From Candidatus Dojkabacteria bacterium (lineage in GTDB: Bacteria > Patescibacteriota > Dojkabacteria > B142 > OLB20): DNA of 64,000 bases. Positions within the stretch are counted from its first letter, which is position 1. Every line of letters begins with the position of its first letter. The DNA is taken from NCBI GenBank assembly GCA_046753765.1, contig JBHHUN010000002.1:1570-65569 (forward strand). The letters run 5' to 3'. Position numbers and translations under genes: made by a program. The notes beneath the pieces were generated by a model that was not told the origin of the DNA, did not search any database, and worked only from the letters and a program-made list of their open reading frames with translations. Positions 49,572-57,494 of the stretch are shown here, piece after piece.

Positions 49572-50005
49572 TTTAATTGATGCTCACTGCGTGCGTATTC
49601 TTTAAATAACTTGGCGGTAAGCGTTCTGTTTACTGTCGATGCCATGTACCCCTCAATAAAGCCCTGTGCCTCCGGTGCTGACACTTCGCTCAGCTCTGCA
49701 AAATTTGGGCTAAGTTTCTGCAACTCAATTTTTGTGTCAAGTTCACTGTGCTTTAGGATTAATTTGATGTACTTGAGGCTTTCGCCAAACGACTGGATCT
49801 CAGCTCGTTCTACCTCAATAATATGGTCATCTCCTACAAGACCAAACATACTGAACTGCCACTCTTTCGTATCTGTCCAGACCCTTATTACATCTTTGTT
49901 GTCTCCACTTCCAGTTCTGACCCTCACACCAAACTCGAGGTCGTTAATGACTTTGTGCAGAAATACACTTTTTGAAAGTTTGAAATCCTGTAAGGTCGCT
50001 CTCAT
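49556..50005 (-). CDS. hypothetical protein, within nrd operon
   Basis: 149-aa ORF overlapping its neighbours at both ends; no motif recognised. Confidence 0.35.
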   Translation of the reverse strand: MRATLQDFKLSKSVFLHKVINDLEFGVRVRTGSGDNKDVIRVWTDTKEWQFSMFGLVGDDHIIEVERAEIQSFGESLKYIKLILKHSELDTKIELQKLSPNFAELSEVSAPEAQGFIEGYMASTVNRTLTAKLFKEYARSEHQLNWLEY

Positions 50006-51849
50006 TTGGTCTGTTTGATATTTAATACCTGCTTATCTCTGCTTTTGTCCCGGTATATTGTGATACCTTTCAAGTTGAGATCTGCAGCCAGCTTAACTGC
50101 GTCGACAATGTCTTCTATATCAGCTTGTTCAGGGAGATTGATCGTTTTAGAAACGGCGTTATCAGTGTATTTTTGAAAGGCAGCTTGCATCCTAATGTGC
50201 CACTCAGGCTTAATATCAAAAGCAGTTACAAATACTTTCTTAACACGATCGGGTATCCTATTTATATCATGAATTGTTCCCTTCGTGGCAATTTCTTTCA
50301 TTAATTCCTGATCAAAGAGCCACTCATCCTTAAGTCTTTGCTCAAGATACTTGTTCACATAGAGCATCTCCTCATCACCTATTGTTTCCATATTTTTCCT
50401 AACATAGGCAAGTGCAAAGAAGGGTTCGATCCCTCCGTTGCAATCAGCCAACAAGCTGGTTGTCCCGTTTGGCGCAATTGTAGTTACAGTGGCATTTCTC
50501 ATCGTCTTATAACCAACCTCGTCCCACCGTGAACCACTAAAATTACCAAAACTACCACGGAGCTCACCGAGCCTTCTAGATGCTTCATGGCCCTTATCTT
50601 GAATAAAAGCCATAACCTTTTCGGCTAAATCAAGAGCCTCGTCACTGTTATAAGAAATGTCGAGCTCGTACAGTAAATCGGCCCAACCCATTACGCCGAT
50701 CCCAATCTTACGGTTTCCTTTTTTTACTATCTCTTCAATCTCTGGAAGAAGGTGGTTGGAAACAGTGATAGTGTTATCCAGAAAGTGTGTAGCGACCTTA
50801 ACAACTTCTTCTAATCTATCCCAATTTATCTTTTCTTCTGGTCGAATCTTCTCTTTCCGCTTTGCCTGAACGACAAACTTATTGAGAACAACGCTGCCAA
50901 GGTTGCAGGCTTCATATGGCAGAAGAGGTTGTTCCCCACACTGGTTGGTTGCCGTCATCCTGCCAACATTGAGTGTCGGATTAGAGCGATTGATCTCATC
51001 AATGAAGATAAATCCCGGCTCGCCACTCTGGTGGATACTGGTTGCTATATCGTACAGAACTTCTCTCGCCGAAAGCTCTTCGTATACGTTTCCGTTATGC
51101 TTGAGTTCGTATTTGGTACCCTCTCGGAGTGCCTTCGTGAACTCATCAGTGATAGCAATGGACATGTTGAAGTTTGTAAGCTGGGAATAATCTTGTTTGG
51201 CAGAAATGAAACGCATCATATCCGGGTGATCTATCCTTAGTATTCCCATGTGACCAGCATGACGCATAGCCCCCCTATTCATAATCACTTCAGAAGAGAA
51301 ATCATACAGTCGCATAAACGAGATAGGTCCACTGGCTTCTTTGCCAGTACTTTTCACCTTCTCTCCCTCAGGTCTTATCTCTGAGAAATCATATCCTATC
51401 CCTGCACCTCTACGGTGAAGTACGACTGTATTTGCAAGAGTACCGTAGATTGATTCGATGGAGTCGTGAATTGGCATTACGTAGCACGCCGCAACCAAGT
51501 CTTCTTTCCCCCGGTCAAGTAGAGACATCCCCGAGAGAAACTCTAATTTCGCTTGAATTTCATAAAATTTATCCTCAGTCGCCTCAAGCTGCTTTTTTGT
51601 GGGTTTCTTATATCCTTTCTTTTTATCACTTAGATCTGCATCACCACTGGCCATAAATTTGGAGATCCTCTTGAACATAGCTTCTGGAGACTCATCTGGA
51701 TCGCCGTTTTTATCTAACTTATAGTAGCGTTTCGAGGCAATAAACTTTGCATTACTAGATAGATTTGGTTGTGTTGAAAACCTTTTTTGCATCATCGAAT
51801 TATTATTGATTGTCTGATATTCTTCTAAGCTCTGCGATTGCTTGCTCAA
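50002..51849 (-). CDS. nrdJ: class II ribonucleotide reductase (NrdJ), 615 aa, no C-terminal Cys tail
   Basis: VAACYVMPIHDSIESIY, GAGIGYDFSEIRP, TATNQCGEQPL and EACNLGSVVL. The start may be the internal MMQKRF. Confidence 0.85.
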   Translation of the reverse strand: MSKQSQSLEEYQTINNNSMMQKRFSTQPNLSSNAKFIASKRYYKLDKNGDPDESPEAMFKRISKFMASGDADLSDKKKGYKKPTKKQLEATEDKFYEIQAKLEFLSGMSLLDRGKEDLVAACYVMPIHDSIESIYGTLANTVVLHRRGAGIGYDFSEIRPEGEKVKSTGKEASGPISFMRLYDFSSEVIMNRGAMRHAGHMGILRIDHPDMMRFISAKQDYSQLTNFNMSIAITDEFTKALREGTKYELKHNGNVYEELSAREVLYDIATSIHQSGEPGFIFIDEINRSNPTLNVGRMTATNQCGEQPLLPYEACNLGSVVLNKFVVQAKRKEKIRPEEKINWDRLEEVVKVATHFLDNTITVSNHLLPEIEEIVKKGNRKIGIGVMGWADLLYELDISYNSDEALDLAEKVMAFIQDKGHEASRRLGELRGSFGNFSGSRWDEVGYKTMRNATVTTIAPNGTTSLLADCNGGIEPFFALAYVRKNMETIGDEEMLYVNKYLEQRLKDEWLFDQELMKEIATKGTIHDINRIPDRVKKVFVTAFDIKPEWHIRMQAAFQKYTDNAVSKTINLPEQADIEDIVDAVKLAADLNLKGITIYRDKSRDKQVLNIKQTK

Positions 51850-52276
51850 AGTCTTCTATAGAGTCAAAGTCTCTATACACAGAAGCAAAAAGCAAGTAGC
51901 CAATCGTATCGAGCTTTTTTAGTCGGGTCAAAACCATCTTACCTATCTCATTCGATTTTACCTGGCTAGTTTTTCTATTTAGTAGCTTAAGCTCAATATC
52001 ATCGATCAACTCATCGATCTCACCCTCAGGAATCATCCTTTTTTTCACTGCTTTTGTAATGCCTTTTTTTAATTTCTCTCTGTCAAACTCCTCAATTTTT
52101 CCACTCCGTTTTTCAACATTCAGACTTATTGTCTCAACTCGCTCATACGTAGTAAACCGTTTAGCACAGCTCAGGCACTCTCTTCTCCTCCTTGCAACTC
52201 CTGTTTCATTGTTGTCTCTCTTATCTACTACTTTTGTCTCCTCACAGTGACAATATGGACAAAACATGGCTTTCAA
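51803..52276 (-). CDS. nrdR: transcriptional repressor NrdR
   Basis: N-terminal zinc ribbon CPYCHC...CLSC followed by an ATP-cone. Confidence 0.85.
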   Translation of the reverse strand: MKAMFCPYCHCEETKVVDKRDNNETGVARRRRECLSCAKRFTTYERVETISLNVEKRSGKIEEFDREKLKKGITKAVKKRMIPEGEIDELIDDIELKLLNRKTSQVKSNEIGKMVLTRLKKLDTIGYLLFASVYRDFDSIEDFEQAIAELRRISDNQ

Positions 52277-52314
52277 ATCTGATTAAGTAGTCTTGGGGCG
52301 TGAGCAACGCAGAG

Positions 52315-52359
52315 CACAATAAATTGTGTTGCAGATACAAGCTAACAACAACAGGTTGT
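52315..52359 (+). promoter_or_regulatory. tandem NrdR-box-like palindromes upstream of nrdR
   Basis: CACAATAAATTGTG (52315-52328) fits CAC-N8-GTG (aCACwAtATaTwGTGt). A second palindrome ACAACAGGTTGT (52348-52359) is centred 32 bp away. Confidence 0.45.
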
Positions 52360-52455
52360 GCTTGTCAAGAAGTCATGACTTCTTAACATCGAATTATGCT
52401 GCAGTCAATTCAAAACATTTGTTTTTAAGTTCTGGAAAAATTTCGGTATAAATTT

Positions 52456-53925
52456 TTGATATACTTGAAAAAACGTCAGATAAATCTAATGTCGCAAAAT
52501 TGGGTACATGTAATAGGCGTAGCAGGTGTCACTACCTCGGGCGTGGCAGTGATGTTTAATCGTTACGGGTGGAAGGTCACAGGTTCTGACAAAGGTTTTT
52601 TCCCTCCTGTCAGCGATTATCTTAAGGACAATGGGGTCGAGATACTTCCGGGTTTCAAACCAGACCGACTCACAGACGAGACAGGTCAGCACCCAGACGT
52701 TGTGGTGATACAGGGAACAAAGGGCAAAGAGAACCCCGAGTTGATCGAAGCTACGAAGCTGAAGCTTAACATCAAGACCTATCCGGAGATACTTGAACAC
52801 TATGTAATCAAAAAGGGACGCTCAATTGTTATTGCTGGAACCTATGGAAAAACAACAATAACTGCAGCCCTCGTTCAGATGTTTGCTGTCTCAAATAGAC
52901 CAATCAGTTATATGATTGGAGGAATCAGTATCAACACAGGATTCACAGTCGTCCCACTCCGGGAAGAATCGATGTACTCAGTGGTTGAAGGAGATGAGTT
53001 TATAACATCGCTTTCTGACAAGCGTTCGAAATTTTTCTATTATCACCCTGATTTTCTCATCCTAAACGCAGTCAGCTGGGAACACCCAGATGTATTTACT
53101 AATGAAGCGGAGTACATTAAGAACTTCAAGAAGCTGGTAAGATCCATTCCACCAAAGGGATTAGTAGTTGCAAACGCCAATGATAGAAATGCAGTAGATG
53201 TGGCTACTGAATCAAGGGCGAGGGTTATATACTACTCTATCAATCCAGATGAAGCACAAGCATCTCCACATTGGTACCTCAATCCTGCTTCACATTCACT
53301 GCCAACATTCGTCCGCAAGCCGGAGGATGAAGACGGTGTGGTAATCCCATACGAAAAGCAGATCATAGGTGAGTTTAACGAGGAAAACCTGCTGGCTGCT
53401 GCCGCTATGGCATCTGAGCTGGGTGTCGACTCAAAAAGTATTACCGAAGCAATAAAAGACTTCCGAGGCATACGACGACGTCTTGAGATCCGATATCAAA
53501 GTAATAAAATAATAGTAATTGATGACTTCGGCAGCTCACCCCCCAAAGCAAAAGGGGCGCTGGCAGCGCTTCGTAAAGATTTTCCAAGAGCTGAGATCAC
53601 AATCGTTTTTGAACCATCATCTGGAAACAGAGTTGCGACTGCACTAGCACTTTACGATGGCGTCTTCACACAGGCAGATAAACTCGTCTTTCCAAGATTC
53701 ACAAAACTTCCAAAAACATCAAAAGACAGATTTGATGGCGACGAGCTGGCTGTTTATCTTGCCAAATCAGGTGTTCAGGTCAGTTACATCGAGGATGATG
53801 CCAATCTTGTTAGACAACTCATAAAGATTGCAAAGAAAAAGACAAAAGTACTTAAGATCATCTGTTTTATGGGCAGCCATAGCTTTCGGGGTATGATAAA
53901 TCAGCTTATAGAGGAAATAAAGTGA
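52456..53925 (+). CDS. Mur ligase family protein (Mpl/MurC-like UDP-N-acetylmuramate ligase)
   Basis: N-terminal HVIGVAGVTTSGVAVMFNRYGWKVTGSDKGFFPPVS (Mpl-like FPP.S), then the central Mur ligase ATP-binding GTYGKTT and a C-terminal domain. Confidence 0.75.
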   Translation: MIYLKKRQINLMSQNWVHVIGVAGVTTSGVAVMFNRYGWKVTGSDKGFFPPVSDYLKDNGVEILPGFKPDRLTDETGQHPDVVVIQGTKGKENPELIEATKLKLNIKTYPEILEHYVIKKGRSIVIAGTYGKTTITAALVQMFAVSNRPISYMIGGISINTGFTVVPLREESMYSVVEGDEFITSLSDKRSKFFYYHPDFLILNAVSWEHPDVFTNEAEYIKNFKKLVRSIPPKGLVVANANDRNAVDVATESRARVIYYSINPDEAQASPHWYLNPASHSLPTFVRKPEDEDGVVIPYEKQIIGEFNEENLLAAAAMASELGVDSKSITEAIKDFRGIRRRLEIRYQSNKIIVIDDFGSSPPKAKGALAALRKDFPRAEITIVFEPSSGNRVATALALYDGVFTQADKLVFPRFTKLPKTSKDRFDGDELAVYLAKSGVQVSYIEDDANLVRQLIKIAKKKTKVLKIICFMGSHSFRGMINQLIEEIK

Positions 53926-54278
53926 AGAAAAAGCGAGAGCCAAAATCAGCCAAAGATATTTTGATGAACAATGATTTTATTGCCCGAATTGAGCATACGA
54001 ACAGATATGTATCAACGGAACATCAGGATTACGGTTTGCGCCTCGCAACAAACCTAAACGATTTAAATCACAGGGCTCTCTATATTAAACTAGCCAAGGA
54101 TGTCCCCAGGTCAAAGATTGAGAGTGCAGCATCATTTGCACTTGATTACCCAGACATGAAAGGTAAGAACAAAGGAAGACTCTTTATGTGGAAGCTATCA
54201 CAGATTGCTGAAATAAAATTACCGCGGAGAAAACTCAAACGTAAGCGATCTAACCAAAATCAGATTAATTTACTTTAA
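53922..54278 (+). CDS. hypothetical basic protein
   Basis: 118-aa ORF start-overlapped with the Mur ligase stop; no motif. Confidence 0.35.
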   Translation: MKKKREPKSAKDILMNNDFIARIEHTNRYVSTEHQDYGLRLATNLNDLNHRALYIKLAKDVPRSKIESAASFALDYPDMKGKNKGRLFMWKLSQIAEIKLPRRKLKRKRSNQNQINLL

Positions 54279-54309
54279 TTCAGGTAACACATCTCAATAT
54301 AATCAACTC

Positions 54310-54714
54310 ATGGATGACTGTATTTTTTGCAAAATTGCAAACGAAGAGCTCCCGGCATTCAAGATTTATGATGATGGGCAATTTGAGGCCTTTCTAGACA
54401 TCTTTCCATCACACAAGGGGCAGGCATTGGTTATTCCTAAGAAACACCATACGTCAAAGTTCTCACAAACGGATACCAAACAGTTAATAGATCTAGTTAA
54501 AGTAGCGCAAAAGGTCGCCAGACAGATAGAAGAAAACTTAAGTGGTGTTGACAGGGTACAGGTACTCATTGAGGGTTTTGATGTTGACCATTTGCATATA
54601 AAGTTGTTCCCGTCGTACGGCCCCGATGCGGTTAAAGATGCATTAAGCCACAGTGGAGATCAGGCAGAGGAAGACGAGCTTAAACAATTACACGACCAAC
54701 TCAACCGAACATGA
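54310..54714 (+). CDS. HIT-family nucleotide hydrolase
   Basis: DDCIFCKI ... VDHLHIKLFP (HxHxHxx histidine triad). Confidence 0.8.
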   Translation: MDDCIFCKIANEELPAFKIYDDGQFEAFLDIFPSHKGQALVIPKKHHTSKFSQTDTKQLIDLVKVAQKVARQIEENLSGVDRVQVLIEGFDVDHLHIKLFPSYGPDAVKDALSHSGDQAEEDELKQLHDQLNRT

Positions 54715-55628
54715 GCGTTGAAATCAGCATCATCATTACATCCTTCAAGGAGCCCAAGACAATAAAGAGGGCAGTATCAGCAATCCTCGAAAAAGGATAC
54801 TCAGGATTAGGCATCAATTTTGAGCTTATCACAGTTATTCCTGATCGGCCGACGGCAACTGCGGCTTTAAGCACAGTGAAGAAGTACCGTTTCAAGTCTC
54901 ATGTACACATTGAAGACCCTGGCAAAGGAAAGCCACATGCTCTTAATCTTGCTTTTAAGCGGGCTAGGGGCAGATATATCGTGTTGACTGATGGTGACGT
55001 CTACCTGGACAAAAACGCTGTCCCTGAATTAGTGAAATCACTACAGGACAAACAAATGGGAGGTGTTAGTGGAAGGCAGATCAGCATTGACAACAGAAAG
55101 ACCATGTTCGGCTTTTACAGTCACCTGTTCAATAAAGCCCTTGATCTCAATAGAATTCGGGCAGCAAACGATAATACGTTTTATCCAATGAGTGGATACA
55201 TTATGGCTGTTAAGCGTGAGTTGATCGACTTTGAACTTCCGGATGAGGTTCTTGTAGACGATGGTTACATATCGTATATGATCGCACTCAAGGGTTTTAA
55301 AATAGCTTATAACCCAGATGCAGTAGCTTACGTTAGCTATCCAAAAAACTTCAATGACTATTTTAAACAAAAAGTGAGATCAACCGGTGGTTATCTCCAA
55401 TTGAAGCAGTACGACATATTTAAGAATCAACATAACGACCGTGGTCCACGCGGGGACATAGGTATGTTCTTATTTCCACTGCAATTTGCAAAAACCGTAA
55501 AAGAGTATTACTGGGCGTTACTTCTTTATCCAATACGTATTTACTTGTGGTTTCAGATATTCGTATTAAATTACATCTCTCCACATAGATATAATACGAC
55601 TTGGAAAAGAGTTGAGAGCTCCAAGTAG
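54711..55628 (+). CDS. GT2-family glycosyltransferase
   Basis: ISIIITSFKEPKT..., DGD (DxD) and a GT-A fold layout. Confidence 0.7.
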   Translation: MSVEISIIITSFKEPKTIKRAVSAILEKGYSGLGINFELITVIPDRPTATAALSTVKKYRFKSHVHIEDPGKGKPHALNLAFKRARGRYIVLTDGDVYLDKNAVPELVKSLQDKQMGGVSGRQISIDNRKTMFGFYSHLFNKALDLNRIRAANDNTFYPMSGYIMAVKRELIDFELPDEVLVDDGYISYMIALKGFKIAYNPDAVAYVSYPKNFNDYFKQKVRSTGGYLQLKQYDIFKNQHNDRGPRGDIGMFLFPLQFAKTVKEYYWALLLYPIRIYLWFQIFVLNYISPHRYNTTWKRVESSK

Positions 55629-55635
55629 CAGCAGA

Positions 55636-56496
55636 CTAATCTCGGAGCGTAGAAAGGTACTCAGACATTGTCACGAAGTTGTAACCATCATCCTTAAGCC
55701 TGGTGATGAGCTTCTCAGTTTTGTTGTAATGGTTTTTGATTCCCAGATAGTGTCGCTTACGAGATACATAAGGGGCCTGTTTGATGTATGGCTGCTCATT
55801 ATCAAACTCCCATGGATGCATGTACATAAGAAAGTAGTCGCTCGATTTAAGGAAAGATCTGATCCAGTAGTGTTGAAGAGTCAACGGATAGAGTCGAAAG
55901 TACCCACCACCTCCGAAAGGAAACTTGAGAAACTTCAAGTACCTCTTTACGGGGATAGTCACCTCGTGTATTCCGTTATAGTGGAAGATGCCAGGGCTGG
56001 AGGTTGCCTCCATACCAACTGTTAGATGTCCGTACTGTGGATTCAATCTAAAATCGTGGAGGCTGGAATCGTACTCGTATCCGGCCTCTATTAGTTTTTC
56101 TATAGCATAATCATTAATTGAAAAGTAGGGAGCCCTAAATCCCTTTATCTTCCGCCCTGACAAATCCTCAAGACATTTCTTAGATTCGACTACGTTTTTC
56201 TCGATGAGGGCATCAGACTGCTCAAAGATCAGTTCGTGGTGATATGCATGCGACGCAATTTCGTGTTGTGCATTGCTTCCAACAATCTTCTTGATAACTT
56301 TCGGTTTTGACTGGGCAAGTTCTCCCAGTACAAAAAACGTGGCGGGAATATCATATTTCGCAAGGAGTTCGAGCGGCATGCTTATGTTATGTTCAACCCG
56401 ACTTTCTTCAAGCAGATTTACGGGTATGTACTTGGTCATAAATGTGGTATGGAACCACTCTTCAACGTCAAATGTGAGGATTATACTCTTGCTCAT
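55636..56496 (-). CDS. polysaccharide deacetylase (NodB-homology, DUF3473-like subfamily)
   Basis: ILTFDVEEWFH N-terminus and His-rich catalytic blocks (HAYHHE). Confidence 0.65.
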   Translation of the reverse strand: MSKSIILTFDVEEWFHTTFMTKYIPVNLLEESRVEHNISMPLELLAKYDIPATFFVLGELAQSKPKVIKKIVGSNAQHEIASHAYHHELIFEQSDALIEKNVVESKKCLEDLSGRKIKGFRAPYFSINDYAIEKLIEAGYEYDSSLHDFRLNPQYGHLTVGMEATSSPGIFHYNGIHEVTIPVKRYLKFLKFPFGGGGYFRLYPLTLQHYWIRSFLKSSDYFLMYMHPWEFDNEQPYIKQAPYVSRKRHYLGIKNHYNKTEKLITRLKDDGYNFVTMSEYLSTLRD

Positions 56497-57260
56497 GTCA
56501 ATCTATATCCCTTTTCTCTAAACTCCTTAACATCTTTTCGACCAGGGAATTTGAAGTATCCTGGCTTTAACTGGTGATTTTCAAAGACCTCTATGTCGCC
56601 GAGCGCATACCTTTTAATGACTCTATCCAGGGCGCCCGCAGCTTCTCGTTTTGTTTCGATAATTAAGTCTGTAAGTGAATACTCTGGTTTTATCTCAACC
56701 ATCTCTTCGAGAACAAGGTTACCTTTATCAATCTTTTTTGTCATTTCGTGAATTGAGACTGTTGAGTATTGCTCTCCATTCTTCATCTGCCAAAAGTTTG
56801 GAAACAAACCTCTGTATGTTGGCAGCTTCCCTGAGTGGATATTCAAACACGTAAGCTTAGGAAGGGCAAGTAGCTCATCCTTGAAAATCTGTGGGCAGGA
56901 AACGGAGACAACTAGATCAGGAGCTTCGGTTCGTATCTTCTCAAGAAAACCGGGGCTGTTTACATCATCTACGGCATCCACAGAATATCCCCGTCCCGCA
57001 AGTAGTACCGGTGCAGTCACCTCCCTGCCCATCTTCTCTTGCAGCTTGGTGAAGGCGTACTTACTGCCGAGCTTGATAAAGCCCTTGCTTCCATAAAATC
57101 TATGTGTCCTTTTAATAAGCTGCAGGAGAGAATCGCTCATCGGTGATGTAAAATATACCCCCGTTACGGAATAGTCCGCGTTATCGTGTACTTTGATAAA
57201 CTCCTCAAAAAACGCCTTAGTATAGAAAGGGTCGTTTTGGCTGATTATTGTTACTTTCAT
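56493..57260 (-). CDS. formyltransferase-family protein (sugar N-formyltransferase/Fmt-like)
   Basis: LNIHSGKLPTYRGLFPNFWQMKNGE matches the N10-formyl-THF-dependent formyltransferase core (N.H.S.LP..RG). Confidence 0.65.
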   Translation of the reverse strand: MKVTIISQNDPFYTKAFFEEFIKVHDNADYSVTGVYFTSPMSDSLLQLIKRTHRFYGSKGFIKLGSKYAFTKLQEKMGREVTAPVLLAGRGYSVDAVDDVNSPGFLEKIRTEAPDLVVSVSCPQIFKDELLALPKLTCLNIHSGKLPTYRGLFPNFWQMKNGEQYSTVSIHEMTKKIDKGNLVLEEMVEIKPEYSLTDLIIETKREAAGALDRVIKRYALGDIEVFENHQLKPGYFKFPGRKDVKEFREKGYRLT

Positions 57261-57494
57261 GCGTTTAATTTACCCAAGTGATTATACGAAATGCACTGGG
57301 GTAAAAGCAATCGAGAATGCATATATCGTTGACAAAGCCATAGAAATACCGTAAGATTCAGACATGGATCACACATACTTAAAGCACAAGCATACACTAT
57401 ATTCCTAGACGGGGGTCGCTTGCTCATGCTTTAATCTTGAACTCCCAAAAGGGAGTTTTTTTTATTACAATCGTTTAGCTCTTAAGAAAATTAA

